Shown: one piece after another, positions 46,481 to 54,790 of the stretch
How positions within the stretch are numbered: position 1 is the first letter of the stretch
How the letters are laid out: every line of letters starts with the position of its first letter
NCBI GenBank assembly: GCA_026014495.1
Contig: JAOZIF010000131.1
Coordinates: 206 to 64,205, forward strand
DNA: 64,000 bases
Origin: Candidatus Bathyarchaeum sp.
GTDB taxonomy: Archaea > Thermoproteota > Bathyarchaeia > Bathyarchaeales > Bathyarchaeaceae
Direction of reading: 5' to 3'
The notes under the pieces: model-generated
What the model was told of the DNA's origin: nothing
The model's input: the letters and a program-made list of their open reading frames with translations, nothing else
The model's database searches: none
Program-made: the position numbers and the translations under genes

Positions 46481-47398
46481 ATGTTTAGATTCGAAAAGGA
46501 ACAAAAAATAATTAACGCTGGCGGCATCAAACTCGGAGGCCAACCTGGAGAATGCCCAACCGCTCTTACTGCAACAATCTTTTACATAGGTCACAAGATT
46601 GTCACAGATAAGAAGGAAGGAAAATTCGACAAGGCACGCGCAGAGACTCTCATCAACAGGATGGACGAGCTCTCTGACATGACAACAAACCCATTCATCT
46701 TGGATGTTGTAGGCACTTCCGTACCCGCATTCCAAAGCTACATCAGCTTTATCGCAGAAGTAACCCAAGCACCCATACAAGTAGACGCTATAAGCCCAAA
46801 ACTCAGAATGGAAACACTCAAATGGGCACACGAAGTTGGGCTGTCCGAAAGGCTCGTTAACAACTCAATCTACAGAGGCGTCAAAGAAACAGAGCTACAA
46901 AACCTAAAGGACTGCGGCGTAAAAGCATCCATTATCCTATGTGACAACCCAACAGACGACACCGTCCAAGGCAAACTCGATGTTTTGCCCGGAATCCTAG
47001 AAATGGGAGACCAAGCAGGAATCGAAGGCGCTCTAATCGACACAGCCATGCCCTCATGGGGTATCGGCGTAGGCGCAGGCCTCAGGTCCATATATGTCAT
47101 CAAAGAAATGTATGGTGACCGCGGAGCCGTCGGAACTGGAATCGGAAATGTATCCGATACACTAGGATGGGTCAAAGGCAACTTCTCAAAAGACGTCAAA
47201 AAAGCAACTGACGCAGCACAGAACGCCATACTGCCAATGATCGGATGCGACTGGATCATGTTTGGTCCAATTGAATTCGCAGAATTCGTCTTCCCCGCAG
47301 TTGCAGTAGTTGACACGTACATACTAACTGCGACCGCAGAGCTTGGTACACGACCAGCAGAAGAAGGCAAGCATCCTCTCTTCAAGCTAGTTGGCTAA
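46481..47398 (+). CDS. mtrH: MtrH-family (pterin-binding) methyltransferase
   Basis: MFRFEKEQKIINAGGIKLGGQPGECPTALTATIFYIGHKIVTDKKEGKFDK closely follows the MtrH N-terminus as recalled; 305 aa. Confidence 0.8.
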   Translation: MFRFEKEQKIINAGGIKLGGQPGECPTALTATIFYIGHKIVTDKKEGKFDKARAETLINRMDELSDMTTNPFILDVVGTSVPAFQSYISFIAEVTQAPIQVDAISPKLRMETLKWAHEVGLSERLVNNSIYRGVKETELQNLKDCGVKASIILCDNPTDDTVQGKLDVLPGILEMGDQAGIEGALIDTAMPSWGIGVGAGLRSIYVIKEMYGDRGAVGTGIGNVSDTLGWVKGNFSKDVKKATDAAQNAILPMIGCDWIMFGPIEFAEFVFPAVAVVDTYILTATAELGTRPAEEGKHPLFKLVG

Positions 47399-47575
47399 AA
47401 CCCTCTAAACATACCCGAAAATTTGGGCTATGTGCCCATCTTTATTTTTTTCTTTAATTCTCTAGTTTTATTATTGCATGTTCTTGCCTCAAAACTAGTT
47501 CTGTTGCACAACCAAATAGGCAATTGAAGAACTACGCTTTTATGTAAAACTGTCAATAAGAAAACTGGTGCACAC

Positions 47576-48145
47576 ATGTCCTCATTAGAAACAGTTATCC
47601 TAGACGTTCTAGAGACAAAGCAACCCAAGAACGTGAAAGAGCTAATTCACTTAGTTCAACAACAAGTTGACGCTACCTTAGATGAAATAGAACAAGAAAT
47701 AAAGAAACTTCACAAAAAGGAACTGGTGGCGCTTGAAGAACCAACACTCCAAAAACAAGACTTCATTAGCTTTGTGTCTCCAAGAAACAGCCGCTGGTTC
47801 TGGCTCCTCATTGGCATTTCTCTTCTTTCGTTCGTTTCAATCCTTTTTCTTCCAGAAACACAAATCCCAGTGTCCTATTTACGTTACATCTTCGGATTTG
47901 TTCTTGTAGCCTTTTTACCTGGATACTGCCTAACAGAAACCCTGTTCCCAATACAAACTGCACTGGACCTAATAGAAAGAATAACTTTTTCAATAGGACT
48001 AAGCTTTGCCATCACCGCCCTAGTGGGTCTATTCTTAAGCTTCACACCCATCGGCTTAACCTTGGCCACAGCACTTCCAGCTTTAGGCTCGATAGTAATC
48101 ATTTTGGCTATGGTGGCTTTAACTCGAAAATACAAACTCCAGTAA
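47576..48145 (+). CDS. DUF1616-like protein (N-terminal wHTH-like, C-terminal TM region)
   Basis: RYIFGFVLVAFLPGYCLTETLFP motif and 4 TM; N-terminal helical domain. Confidence 0.55.
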   Translation: MSSLETVILDVLETKQPKNVKELIHLVQQQVDATLDEIEQEIKKLHKKELVALEEPTLQKQDFISFVSPRNSRWFWLLIGISLLSFVSILFLPETQIPVSYLRYIFGFVLVAFLPGYCLTETLFPIQTALDLIERITFSIGLSFAITALVGLFLSFTPIGLTLATALPALGSIVIILAMVALTRKYKLQ

Positions 48146-48195
48146 CAATCTAGTCTGCAAAATCAACAGAATAAACACTGCTTAATTTTTATATT

Positions 48196-48222
48196 AAAAA
48201 AAGAGAAAAAAGGCCGAAGCCT
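48196..48222 (-). terminator. Hairpin + oligo-T terminator downstream of paralog P1
   Basis: Minus strand reads AGGC-TTCG-GCCT followed by TTTTTTCTCTTTTTTT. Confidence 0.5.
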
Positions 48223-48245
48223 AATGGTCAAAAAAGGTGGGTACT

Positions 48246-49148
48246 CTAAAAGAGTTTATCCCATCTGTTGAACAGATCGAGCGCTGGTTGACCGCCGTAG
48301 TCGCTTAGGGAATCTCTGTATTCGCCCATTTGGGTTACTGTTTTCTGGAACTTTATCATGTTGTCTGCAACGTCTGCAAGGTAAATTATGCCGTCGATGC
48401 CTGTTCTCATAACACGAACTGAAACTCTGATTAGCTGGTCAACTGGTGGGCAGTGGGCTGGGTCGTCTCCTGGACCGCAAACGTAAATGTTAGAATACAC
48501 TGGCTTCTCTGGGAATATTCTCCTGAATGCTCGTGCAATCATTTCCCAGTACCATGAAGTTGCGTAGTTCTGAGAGAACATGACGATATTGAATGCATCA
48601 CATATCTTGTAGAGTTCAGGGAAGTCCATACCGAAACGTTGGTCTGCGTTTGCTGGATCGGGCAAAACTGCCAATACCAATTTGGTTTTTACACGTTCTT
48701 TTACATCTTTGATGAACTGCGTGATGGTCTGGTTGCGCCATTCAAACCAGTCTAATCCACTCTCTTTCCATAGTTTGGTGCATCTCTCGCAGGTGCAGTG
48801 TCCGTGGTCAGCAAAGTGCCAGCTGTTCAAGAATATTGGTTGGCCTGTTTGGTCAACTGCGTTTTCAATGTAATTCAATTGTTCTTCTCTGAATTCTGGA
48901 ACTGTTGGGCAGAGAACGTCCCAGTGCAAGTTGAACTGGTTGTTTCCTCTTACCGCACGGCCCCTCTTTGATTCAGAGACCCATTCTGGGTGTGCACGGC
49001 CAGATACGTTGTCTCCAAAAACTGCAATGTTGTTCCACATGTCATCTTGTGGTGTTCCGCGTCTTCCTGTCTCTGGTTTCAGTCGATAAACGTCAAAGTC
49101 AAATCCTGCAACCTTCTTTGCTTGAAAAAGGTAATTTCCGAATTCCAT
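48246..49148 (-). CDS. Uncharacterised Cys4 (C...CxCxxC) TIM-barrel-like protein, paralog P1
   Basis: 300 aa from ATG 49148 (aligned with P2/P3 starts); conserved WDVLCP, HFADHGHCTCERC, SGLDWFEWRNQT, LPDP, RTGIDG. Confidence 0.8.
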   Translation of the reverse strand: MEFGNYLFQAKKVAGFDFDVYRLKPETGRRGTPQDDMWNNIAVFGDNVSGRAHPEWVSESKRGRAVRGNNQFNLHWDVLCPTVPEFREEQLNYIENAVDQTGQPIFLNSWHFADHGHCTCERCTKLWKESGLDWFEWRNQTITQFIKDVKERVKTKLVLAVLPDPANADQRFGMDFPELYKICDAFNIVMFSQNYATSWYWEMIARAFRRIFPEKPVYSNIYVCGPGDDPAHCPPVDQLIRVSVRVMRTGIDGIIYLADVADNMIKFQKTVTQMGEYRDSLSDYGGQPALDLFNRWDKLF

Positions 49149-49190
49149 GCTTATTCCTCGCTTTGAAACTGCAAAATACATCGATGCAGA

Positions 49191-49203
49191 TTATATAAGC
49201 TTT
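49191..49203 (-). promoter_or_regulatory. BRE/TATA-like promoter for P1 (minus strand AAAGCTTATATAA)
   Basis: About 45 nt upstream of ATG 49148; SD GAGGAA 5 nt before the start codon (GAGGAATAAGC-ATG). Confidence 0.45.
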
Positions 49204-49331
49204 GCTTCATTACCCAAAAATTTTTCAATATAAAAATCCTGACCCGAAATAGAAACCGATTTCTAATCTAGCCACAAAAAAGCGAAAAACGGGTTTTTTC
49301 TCTAAAAAGTGACTTACAATAATTGTGTTTG

Positions 49332-49367
49332 ACAAAAATAAAAAATGGGGTGCGCAAAAAGGCGCAC
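49332..49367 (-). terminator. Hairpin + oligo-T terminator downstream of paralog P2
   Basis: Minus strand: GTGCGC-CTTTTT-GCGCAC then CCCATTTTTTATTTTTG, starting 9 nt after the P2 stop. Confidence 0.6.
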
Positions 49368-49376
49368 TCTATGATG

Positions 49377-50279
49377 TTACTTGAGTATGCTTTCCCACTT
49401 GTCGACAAGGTCTAAGACAGGTTTTCCGCCGTAGCCTTCCAGATCTTCGCGGAGTTTAACATCTTCGACACACGCTTTCTGGAAATCTTTCATGATTTGA
49501 GCGTTTGCTGCTAGGAATATGAGTCCGTCTACTCCAGTTCTTGCTATACGGCATGCCGTCTTTAGTATCTGTGTATGGTTTTCAAGCTCGCTGGGGTCGT
49601 CGCCTGGTCCACGTATGTATAGACCTGGATATACTGGTTTCTTCAGCAATTTTTTGAATCCACGAGAAAGTGATTCAAAGTACCATGGGCTTGCATAAGT
49701 TTTAGACCAGTGTGGAACAACAAAGGCTGTTGCATATTCTGCTAGTGCATCTAAGTCTAGACCGAACCTTTCATAGCAGTTAACTGGGTCAGGAAGCAGT
49801 CCAACATAGAATGGTTTGTTTTTGACGCGTTCTTTTGCGGCTCCGATAAAGTCTGTGACTGTCTGGGCTCTCCACTCTAGCAGCTCCATTCCGCTTTTTG
49901 CGTGGGCTGCTTTGCATCTGGGGCATGTGCAGAATCCGTGGTCTGCGACGTGCATGCTGCTGACGGTTATTCCTTTGGTGCTATCAGCTGTTTTTTCGAT
50001 TAGGTCAAGCATGTAGTCTATCATTTGTTTTTCTTGGTTGCAAACAATGTCCCATCTAAGATTGTATTTTTTGTTTGTTCGCAGTGCAGGTCCGTTGGCG
50101 GATTGTGCAACCCAGTCAGGATGCTTGCTAGCCATGTTGTTGTCGCCGAAGCAGGCGATGTTAGTTGTCATTTCTGGATTTGGAGTTCCAACGATTCCTC
50201 GTTCTGATTTAAGGCGGTATACTTGTAGGTCGAATCCTTCAACAGGTGTAGGTTCATAAATGAACATTCCAAACTTCAA
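49377..50279 (-). CDS. Uncharacterised Cys4 (C...CxCxxC) TIM-barrel-like protein, paralog P2
   Basis: 300 aa, TTG start after GAGGAA; WDIVCN, HVADHGFCTCPRC, SGMELLEWRAQT, LPDP, RTGVDG. Confidence 0.8.
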   Translation of the reverse strand: MKFGMFIYEPTPVEGFDLQVYRLKSERGIVGTPNPEMTTNIACFGDNNMASKHPDWVAQSANGPALRTNKKYNLRWDIVCNQEKQMIDYMLDLIEKTADSTKGITVSSMHVADHGFCTCPRCKAAHAKSGMELLEWRAQTVTDFIGAAKERVKNKPFYVGLLPDPVNCYERFGLDLDALAEYATAFVVPHWSKTYASPWYFESLSRGFKKLLKKPVYPGLYIRGPGDDPSELENHTQILKTACRIARTGVDGLIFLAANAQIMKDFQKACVEDVKLREDLEGYGGKPVLDLVDKWESILK

Positions 50280-50396
50280 AGCTAATTCCTCTTTTCAGAA
50301 TCGAGAACTTACCTAAAGTAAGCTATAAGGATTGCTACTAATTCAAAGAAAGCGAATCAAAAGTATTTTCGATGTGCAGTGTCAGCTTTTGTCTTT

Positions 50397-51548
50397 CTAT
50401 GTTTCAGACTGGTCTGCGGCGACCTTTGAATACACATAATACATTACCGCAGAAAGTACGCTTCTGGTAAACCAGCCTATTTCATCCGAAAATGTTGAGC
50501 TAAGATAGTCCGGTCTCACGTATTTTGATTGTGTTTCTTCTTTTGAGAGGTAATCTGTTACTGCTTTTTGGAGTATCTTATGAAGCACAAAGCTTCTACC
50601 ATACTCGTTGGCTGGGTTCTCTGGAATCAAGTTCACTTTTGCGTCTTCATCAAGTCTGAGTCCAGCAATAATCAGAGCTGCAATATTTTGGTCGGACAAC
50701 ACTTGTTTTAGTTCTGTCGTGAACTGTTTCCTTTTTTCATTATCTTCGCGAAGGATAGGTCGAATTTGTGAGAAGAGAGTCGTCAAGTTTTCAATTGTGA
50801 TTCCTCTTTCTGCGAGCCTCTTTGTTAGTGGTCTGTTGGGAACCAATTTTTCTTGTTTGAATATTGCCTTTTTGAGTGCTGCCTTAACTGATTTGCCGAT
50901 CATTTCTCCTATTGCTGTTCCGCTACCCGCATACTGTATTGTGCGCCCCTGTTTTGTGCACGCTATTACAACGCTGTCTGTTACCGTTCCAGTTGCTATT
51001 TCACCTGAAAAACGACTTCTAACATCTAGTTCTCTTAATGCTGCTGCTTTTGCTTCAGTTGCTGTAGCTACCGCATTTATCATACAGCTGTCCGTTAGAT
51101 TTCCTTCAACCAGCACGATAGTGTTGATTGTGCCCCATTTCTTGAAGGGAAAAGCGCTCTGCTTTGAGGCTATTTCATCGCCTGGGGTGGCTGCGAAGTA
51201 TGCGCCTGCAGTAACAAAGGCTGTTATGGTTATGTCCTCAAATTTTTTGGTTACTTTTTCTACGTTTTTCATTCTAGCTGCGGTCATTATTGCTACAACT
51301 TGGTCTTGAGAAACACCCAGTTGTGATGTTTCTTCTGTGAGAAAGTCTTTGGCATCTTTGTGAACTTCATCGTCCATGTCGCTTCCTGCGTCTTCTTCAA
51401 CTTGGACGTTTACTATACAGTTTGCTTCTTTTGAACCACCATTCAGAACCGCAGAGCTTACGATTTTCAGCGGGGTCTTTGACCTTAAAATAAGCTTATT
51501 TCCTTGTATTTCAGCTTCAACGGAACTGATATCGGTTTCCAGTTTCAT
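50397..51548 (-). CDS. cbiZ: Adenosylcobinamide amidohydrolase (CbiZ) with ~150-aa C-terminal extension
   Basis: GTINTIVLVEGNL, AVATATEAKAAALREL, ATGTVTDSVVIA match CbiZ; residues from about 235 to 383 form an extra helical domain. Confidence 0.8.
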   Translation of the reverse strand: MKLETDISSVEAEIQGNKLILRSKTPLKIVSSAVLNGGSKEANCIVNVQVEEDAGSDMDDEVHKDAKDFLTEETSQLGVSQDQVVAIMTAARMKNVEKVTKKFEDITITAFVTAGAYFAATPGDEIASKQSAFPFKKWGTINTIVLVEGNLTDSCMINAVATATEAKAAALRELDVRSRFSGEIATGTVTDSVVIACTKQGRTIQYAGSGTAIGEMIGKSVKAALKKAIFKQEKLVPNRPLTKRLAERGITIENLTTLFSQIRPILREDNEKRKQFTTELKQVLSDQNIAALIIAGLRLDEDAKVNLIPENPANEYGRSFVLHKILQKAVTDYLSKEETQSKYVRPDYLSSTFSDEIGWFTRSVLSAVMYYVYSKVAADQSET

Positions 51549-51716
51549 CTATATTTTCCTTCTATCTGCTTGACAGAAATGATGTGCCAAATATCTGGTT
51601 TTTGGTTATCATTTCGCCGTTGCGGAGTGATTTCTAGGGTCGTTCTCCCTTTTGTTGTTTATGCCTCAAATGGAATATTTACACTTTTAGTGATTATTAT
51701 AAAAGCTGTTTTGCGA

Positions 51717-51902
51717 CTACCCTTCGATTTTTATTGCCTTTTTTGGGCACAGGTCTTCGCAGATTCCGCATAGTGTGCATGAGTCAAAATCAACTATCAC
51801 TGGCTTGTTTTCTTGGAGGCTAAAGACTGCCATTGCACAACAGTCAACACATGTGTATGATTGGCAATCTTTGCATTTGACGTAATCAATTTCAATCTTC
51901 AT
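51717..51902 (-). CDS. Small 2x[4Fe-4S] ferredoxin
   Basis: 61 aa from ATG 51902; CKDCQSYTCVDCC (atypical spacing) and CTLCGICEDLCP (canonical). Confidence 0.7.
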   Translation of the reverse strand: MKIEIDYVKCKDCQSYTCVDCCAMAVFSLQENKPVIVDFDSCTLCGICEDLCPKKAIKIEG

Positions 51903-51992
51903 AGAGGGGCACCAGCAACATTTAATGTCAAAACTAATTAACGTCATTAGATTTAAATTTAAAGATAATAATTCCGTCAGAGGTCAAATGCG

Positions 51993-52883
51993 ATGAAGAT
52001 TGGAACCGTAATCTATGAGCCTGCAATAGTGGATGGCTTTGATATTTCCGTTTACTACTCAAAACGTGTCGATGGTGTGCTAGGAAAACCCGCAAAAGGC
52101 ATGTACAACGACATCACCTGTTTTGTCGACGCTAAAGCCATACGAGAAAAACCAGAACTGGTGGCACTTTCACCAAACGGTCCTGCAACAAGAACAAACA
52201 AAGCCTTCACTCTACCATGGGACTTTGTGTGCCCAACAAACGAGGAATATCAAACCCAAGTTCTTCAATTCATCAAAGACACCGCAAAAGAAGACGTAGA
52301 AGGAGTAACTCTGAACCTCTACCACTTCCCCGAAGAGAGCTTTTGTACCTGCGAGCGCTGCACAAAACAACACAAACAAAGTGGATTAGATTGGTTGGAC
52401 TGGCGTGCACAAACAGTTACAGACTTTATTCGAAGAGCCAAAAAGTTGGTTACGCAGCCCTTTGGCATCGAAATATGGCCTGACCCAGTTTTGGCTAAAG
52501 AACGGTTTGGTTTAGACTTTGAAGCCCTTGCAGAGTATGTGGACTTTTTCCATGTTCCTTTGTCTTCACACAATTACGTGACAATGTATTGGGTAGACAC
52601 GCTAACGCGGGACTTTGTGAAGCTTCTCAAAAAACCAATCTTCATAGAATTAAGTGCAGAAATTCCCAGAGCAGTAGAAACAAAGGCTCTTCTAAGAACA
52701 GTCGCATACATCTCTAGCCATAACGTTGAAGCAGTTCTGCTTCTGGTTCATGATGCAGAGCGCGCAAAAGAACTATGCACCACCGCAATAAATGACACTA
52801 ACTACCGAAGCTGGCTAGACAAGTTCGGCTTTGAGAACATGAACAAAATTATCGAAAAGTGGGAAAAAATCTACGGGAGCTAG
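51993..52883 (+). CDS. Uncharacterised Cys4 (C...CxCxxC) TIM-barrel-like protein, paralog P3
   Basis: 296 aa; WDFVCP, HFPEESFCTCERC, SGLDWLDWRAQT, WPDP; C-terminal third diverged from P1/P2. Confidence 0.8.
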   Translation: MKIGTVIYEPAIVDGFDISVYYSKRVDGVLGKPAKGMYNDITCFVDAKAIREKPELVALSPNGPATRTNKAFTLPWDFVCPTNEEYQTQVLQFIKDTAKEDVEGVTLNLYHFPEESFCTCERCTKQHKQSGLDWLDWRAQTVTDFIRRAKKLVTQPFGIEIWPDPVLAKERFGLDFEALAEYVDFFHVPLSSHNYVTMYWVDTLTRDFVKLLKKPIFIELSAEIPRAVETKALLRTVAYISSHNVEAVLLLVHDAERAKELCTTAINDTNYRSWLDKFGFENMNKIIEKWEKIYGS

Positions 52884-52900
52884 TTAGTTCCTGCTACTTT

Positions 52901-53671
52901 CTATTTGGCATTTAGCCTGTGTTTTCGCAGTTTGGTTATATCCAAGTCTGCGGAGATGATTTTTGTGTTCATTTCATCTTTTGCCTGATTTAGTATGCCC
53001 CATGGCGATATTATTGCGCTGTTTCCGCCTCTAGAGTTTGATCTAGTGTTCCCGTTTTTCAAGATGAAAACCCTGTTGTCCTCTGCCCTCTTTGTTGTAA
53101 GAGGATGTCCCTGCACTGGCGGATGAGTTCTCGACGCAGACACAGGCAAGAAAATAACTTCAGCACCCAATGAAGCTAATCTTCTAACGGTTCTTGGATA
53201 AAACACGTCAGCGCATATCAGAATTCCAGCCCTGCAGTGTTCTGTTTCAAAAATTTTGAAGGTGCTTCCAACATTTAGTCCCACCTTTTTCTCCCAGTCG
53301 GTGAGATGCATTTTCCTAAATTTTCCCAGAATCTTTCCGTTCTTAAGAAACATACATGTGTTGTAATATTTTCCTCTGAACATTTCAAAGATAGTGCCTC
53401 CGACAATGTATGCATCAACATCCTTTGAAACCCTCTTCAGAAGATTAACAGCGGGCTTGCGGGTCTGTTCAGCTATGTCTTCAATTTTATTCCTATCTTC
53501 TACACTAGCTGGGAACGCAAAATATTCTGGAAGACAAATAAATTTGGAGCCTGAATCAGCTGCTCTATACAGCATTTGCTCTGCAGTCTCCAAATTCTTT
53601 TCTGGAGATTCGCTGATTTGCATGTGAATTAAACTGACCTGCATGTTTTTCCCTGCTGCCCTTTTTGTCAT
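52901..53671 (-). CDS. Carbon-nitrogen hydrolase (nitrilase superfamily amidase)
   Basis: Glu-Lys-Cys triad contexts CLPEYF, FRKMHL, GILICADVFYP. Confidence 0.85.
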   Translation of the reverse strand: MTKRAAGKNMQVSLIHMQISESPEKNLETAEQMLYRAADSGSKFICLPEYFAFPASVEDRNKIEDIAEQTRKPAVNLLKRVSKDVDAYIVGGTIFEMFRGKYYNTCMFLKNGKILGKFRKMHLTDWEKKVGLNVGSTFKIFETEHCRAGILICADVFYPRTVRRLASLGAEVIFLPVSASRTHPPVQGHPLTTKRAEDNRVFILKNGNTRSNSRGGNSAIISPWGILNQAKDEMNTKIISADLDITKLRKHRLNAK

Positions 53672-53732
53672 ATTGCCCTGTTAAAGTTGCTAATAAACCT
53701 TAAATCTGTATCATTCTTTTGTAACTTACATT

Positions 53733-54719
53733 TTGAGGGAATCTGCCTTGAATTCAATAGAACGCATTTGTTCAGAGCTTCGTCAACTCACAGACAAAGT
53801 TGTGCAAAAAAATCTGACAGATGGTATCCTGTTTTCAGGAGGCTTAGACACAAGCATCGTCGCATTTGTTGCATCAAAATACACTAAACTAGAAGCATTC
53901 ACCGTTGCCTTCGAAGACTCACCTGCCTTAGACCTCAAGTACGCAAAGTTGATGGCAGACCTGCTGAATATGAACCAAACAGTTCATGTTTTTGGCGACG
54001 AGGAGATGCACTCAGCCATACAAGATGTCATTAAAGTCTTGAAAGTTTTTGACCCCATGGACATCAGAAACAGCGTAGCAGCCTACGTAGGTTTGAAAGC
54101 TGCAAAAGAAAACGGAATCAAAGGCGTCATGACTGGCGATGGTTTGGATGAGCTACTAGGAGGTTACAGTTGGCTCTTTAAGTTCAATGAAGAAGAACTA
54201 AAAGAATACCTGTCAAACATGTGGCAAGTAATGCAGTTCACTTCAGTTCCCATGGCAAAATCGCTTGGAATTGTATCCAAGCCGCCCTTCATTGACCTCG
54301 AATTCAAATCATACGCCTACAATGTTGACCCAAAACTGATGATTAGAAGTGAACACGGCAAAATCTGGGGAAAATGGATAATGCGTAAAGCCTATGAGGG
54401 TCACCTTCCCGACGAGATTGTGTGGCGACTAAAGACTCCCCTAGAATTTGGCTCTGGAACTAGCATTTTCCCAAAAGTTTTTAGCAAAAAACTTTCCGAC
54501 GAATACTTCCAAAAGAAAACAAAAAAGTATCTGGACGTTGATCAAGTCACGATAAGAGATAAAGAACACCTGTTCTATTACGAGGTTTTCAGGTCTCAGT
54601 TTGGTGTCCCCTCTGGAGTCTTCAAAGACGCTGAAGGTAAACAGTGCCCCTACTGTAAATCCAAAGGCGGCAACCTCAAACGCAACTTCTGTAAAGTATG
54701 CGGAGCTTACCCTATCTAG
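53733..54719 (+). CDS. Asparagine-synthase-like PP-loop amidotransferase domain without glutaminase domain, C-terminal zinc ribbon
   Basis: ILFSGGLDTS PP-loop, GDGLDELLGGY; no N-terminal Cys2 Ntn domain; CPYCKS...CKVCG at C-terminus; TTG start. Confidence 0.8.
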   Translation: MRESALNSIERICSELRQLTDKVVQKNLTDGILFSGGLDTSIVAFVASKYTKLEAFTVAFEDSPALDLKYAKLMADLLNMNQTVHVFGDEEMHSAIQDVIKVLKVFDPMDIRNSVAAYVGLKAAKENGIKGVMTGDGLDELLGGYSWLFKFNEEELKEYLSNMWQVMQFTSVPMAKSLGIVSKPPFIDLEFKSYAYNVDPKLMIRSEHGKIWGKWIMRKAYEGHLPDEIVWRLKTPLEFGSGTSIFPKVFSKKLSDEYFQKKTKKYLDVDQVTIRDKEHLFYYEVFRSQFGVPSGVFKDAEGKQCPYCKSKGGNLKRNFCKVCGAYPI

Positions 54720-54790
54720 TGCCATTTTAATACTTAATGCTCACAAAGAATGGCATGGAATAAACGCTTCAAACCTAGAGGCACAAATCC

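Noticed and set aside
46870-47385. 171-aa ORF antisense to the mtrH-like gene
   Set aside because: Shadow ORF inside a strongly motif-supported gene, with no start context.
50608-51309. 233-aa ORF antisense to cbiZ
   Set aside because: It lies entirely inside a well-supported CbiZ gene on the other strand and has a low-complexity S/A/F-rich translation. It is a typical shadow ORF.
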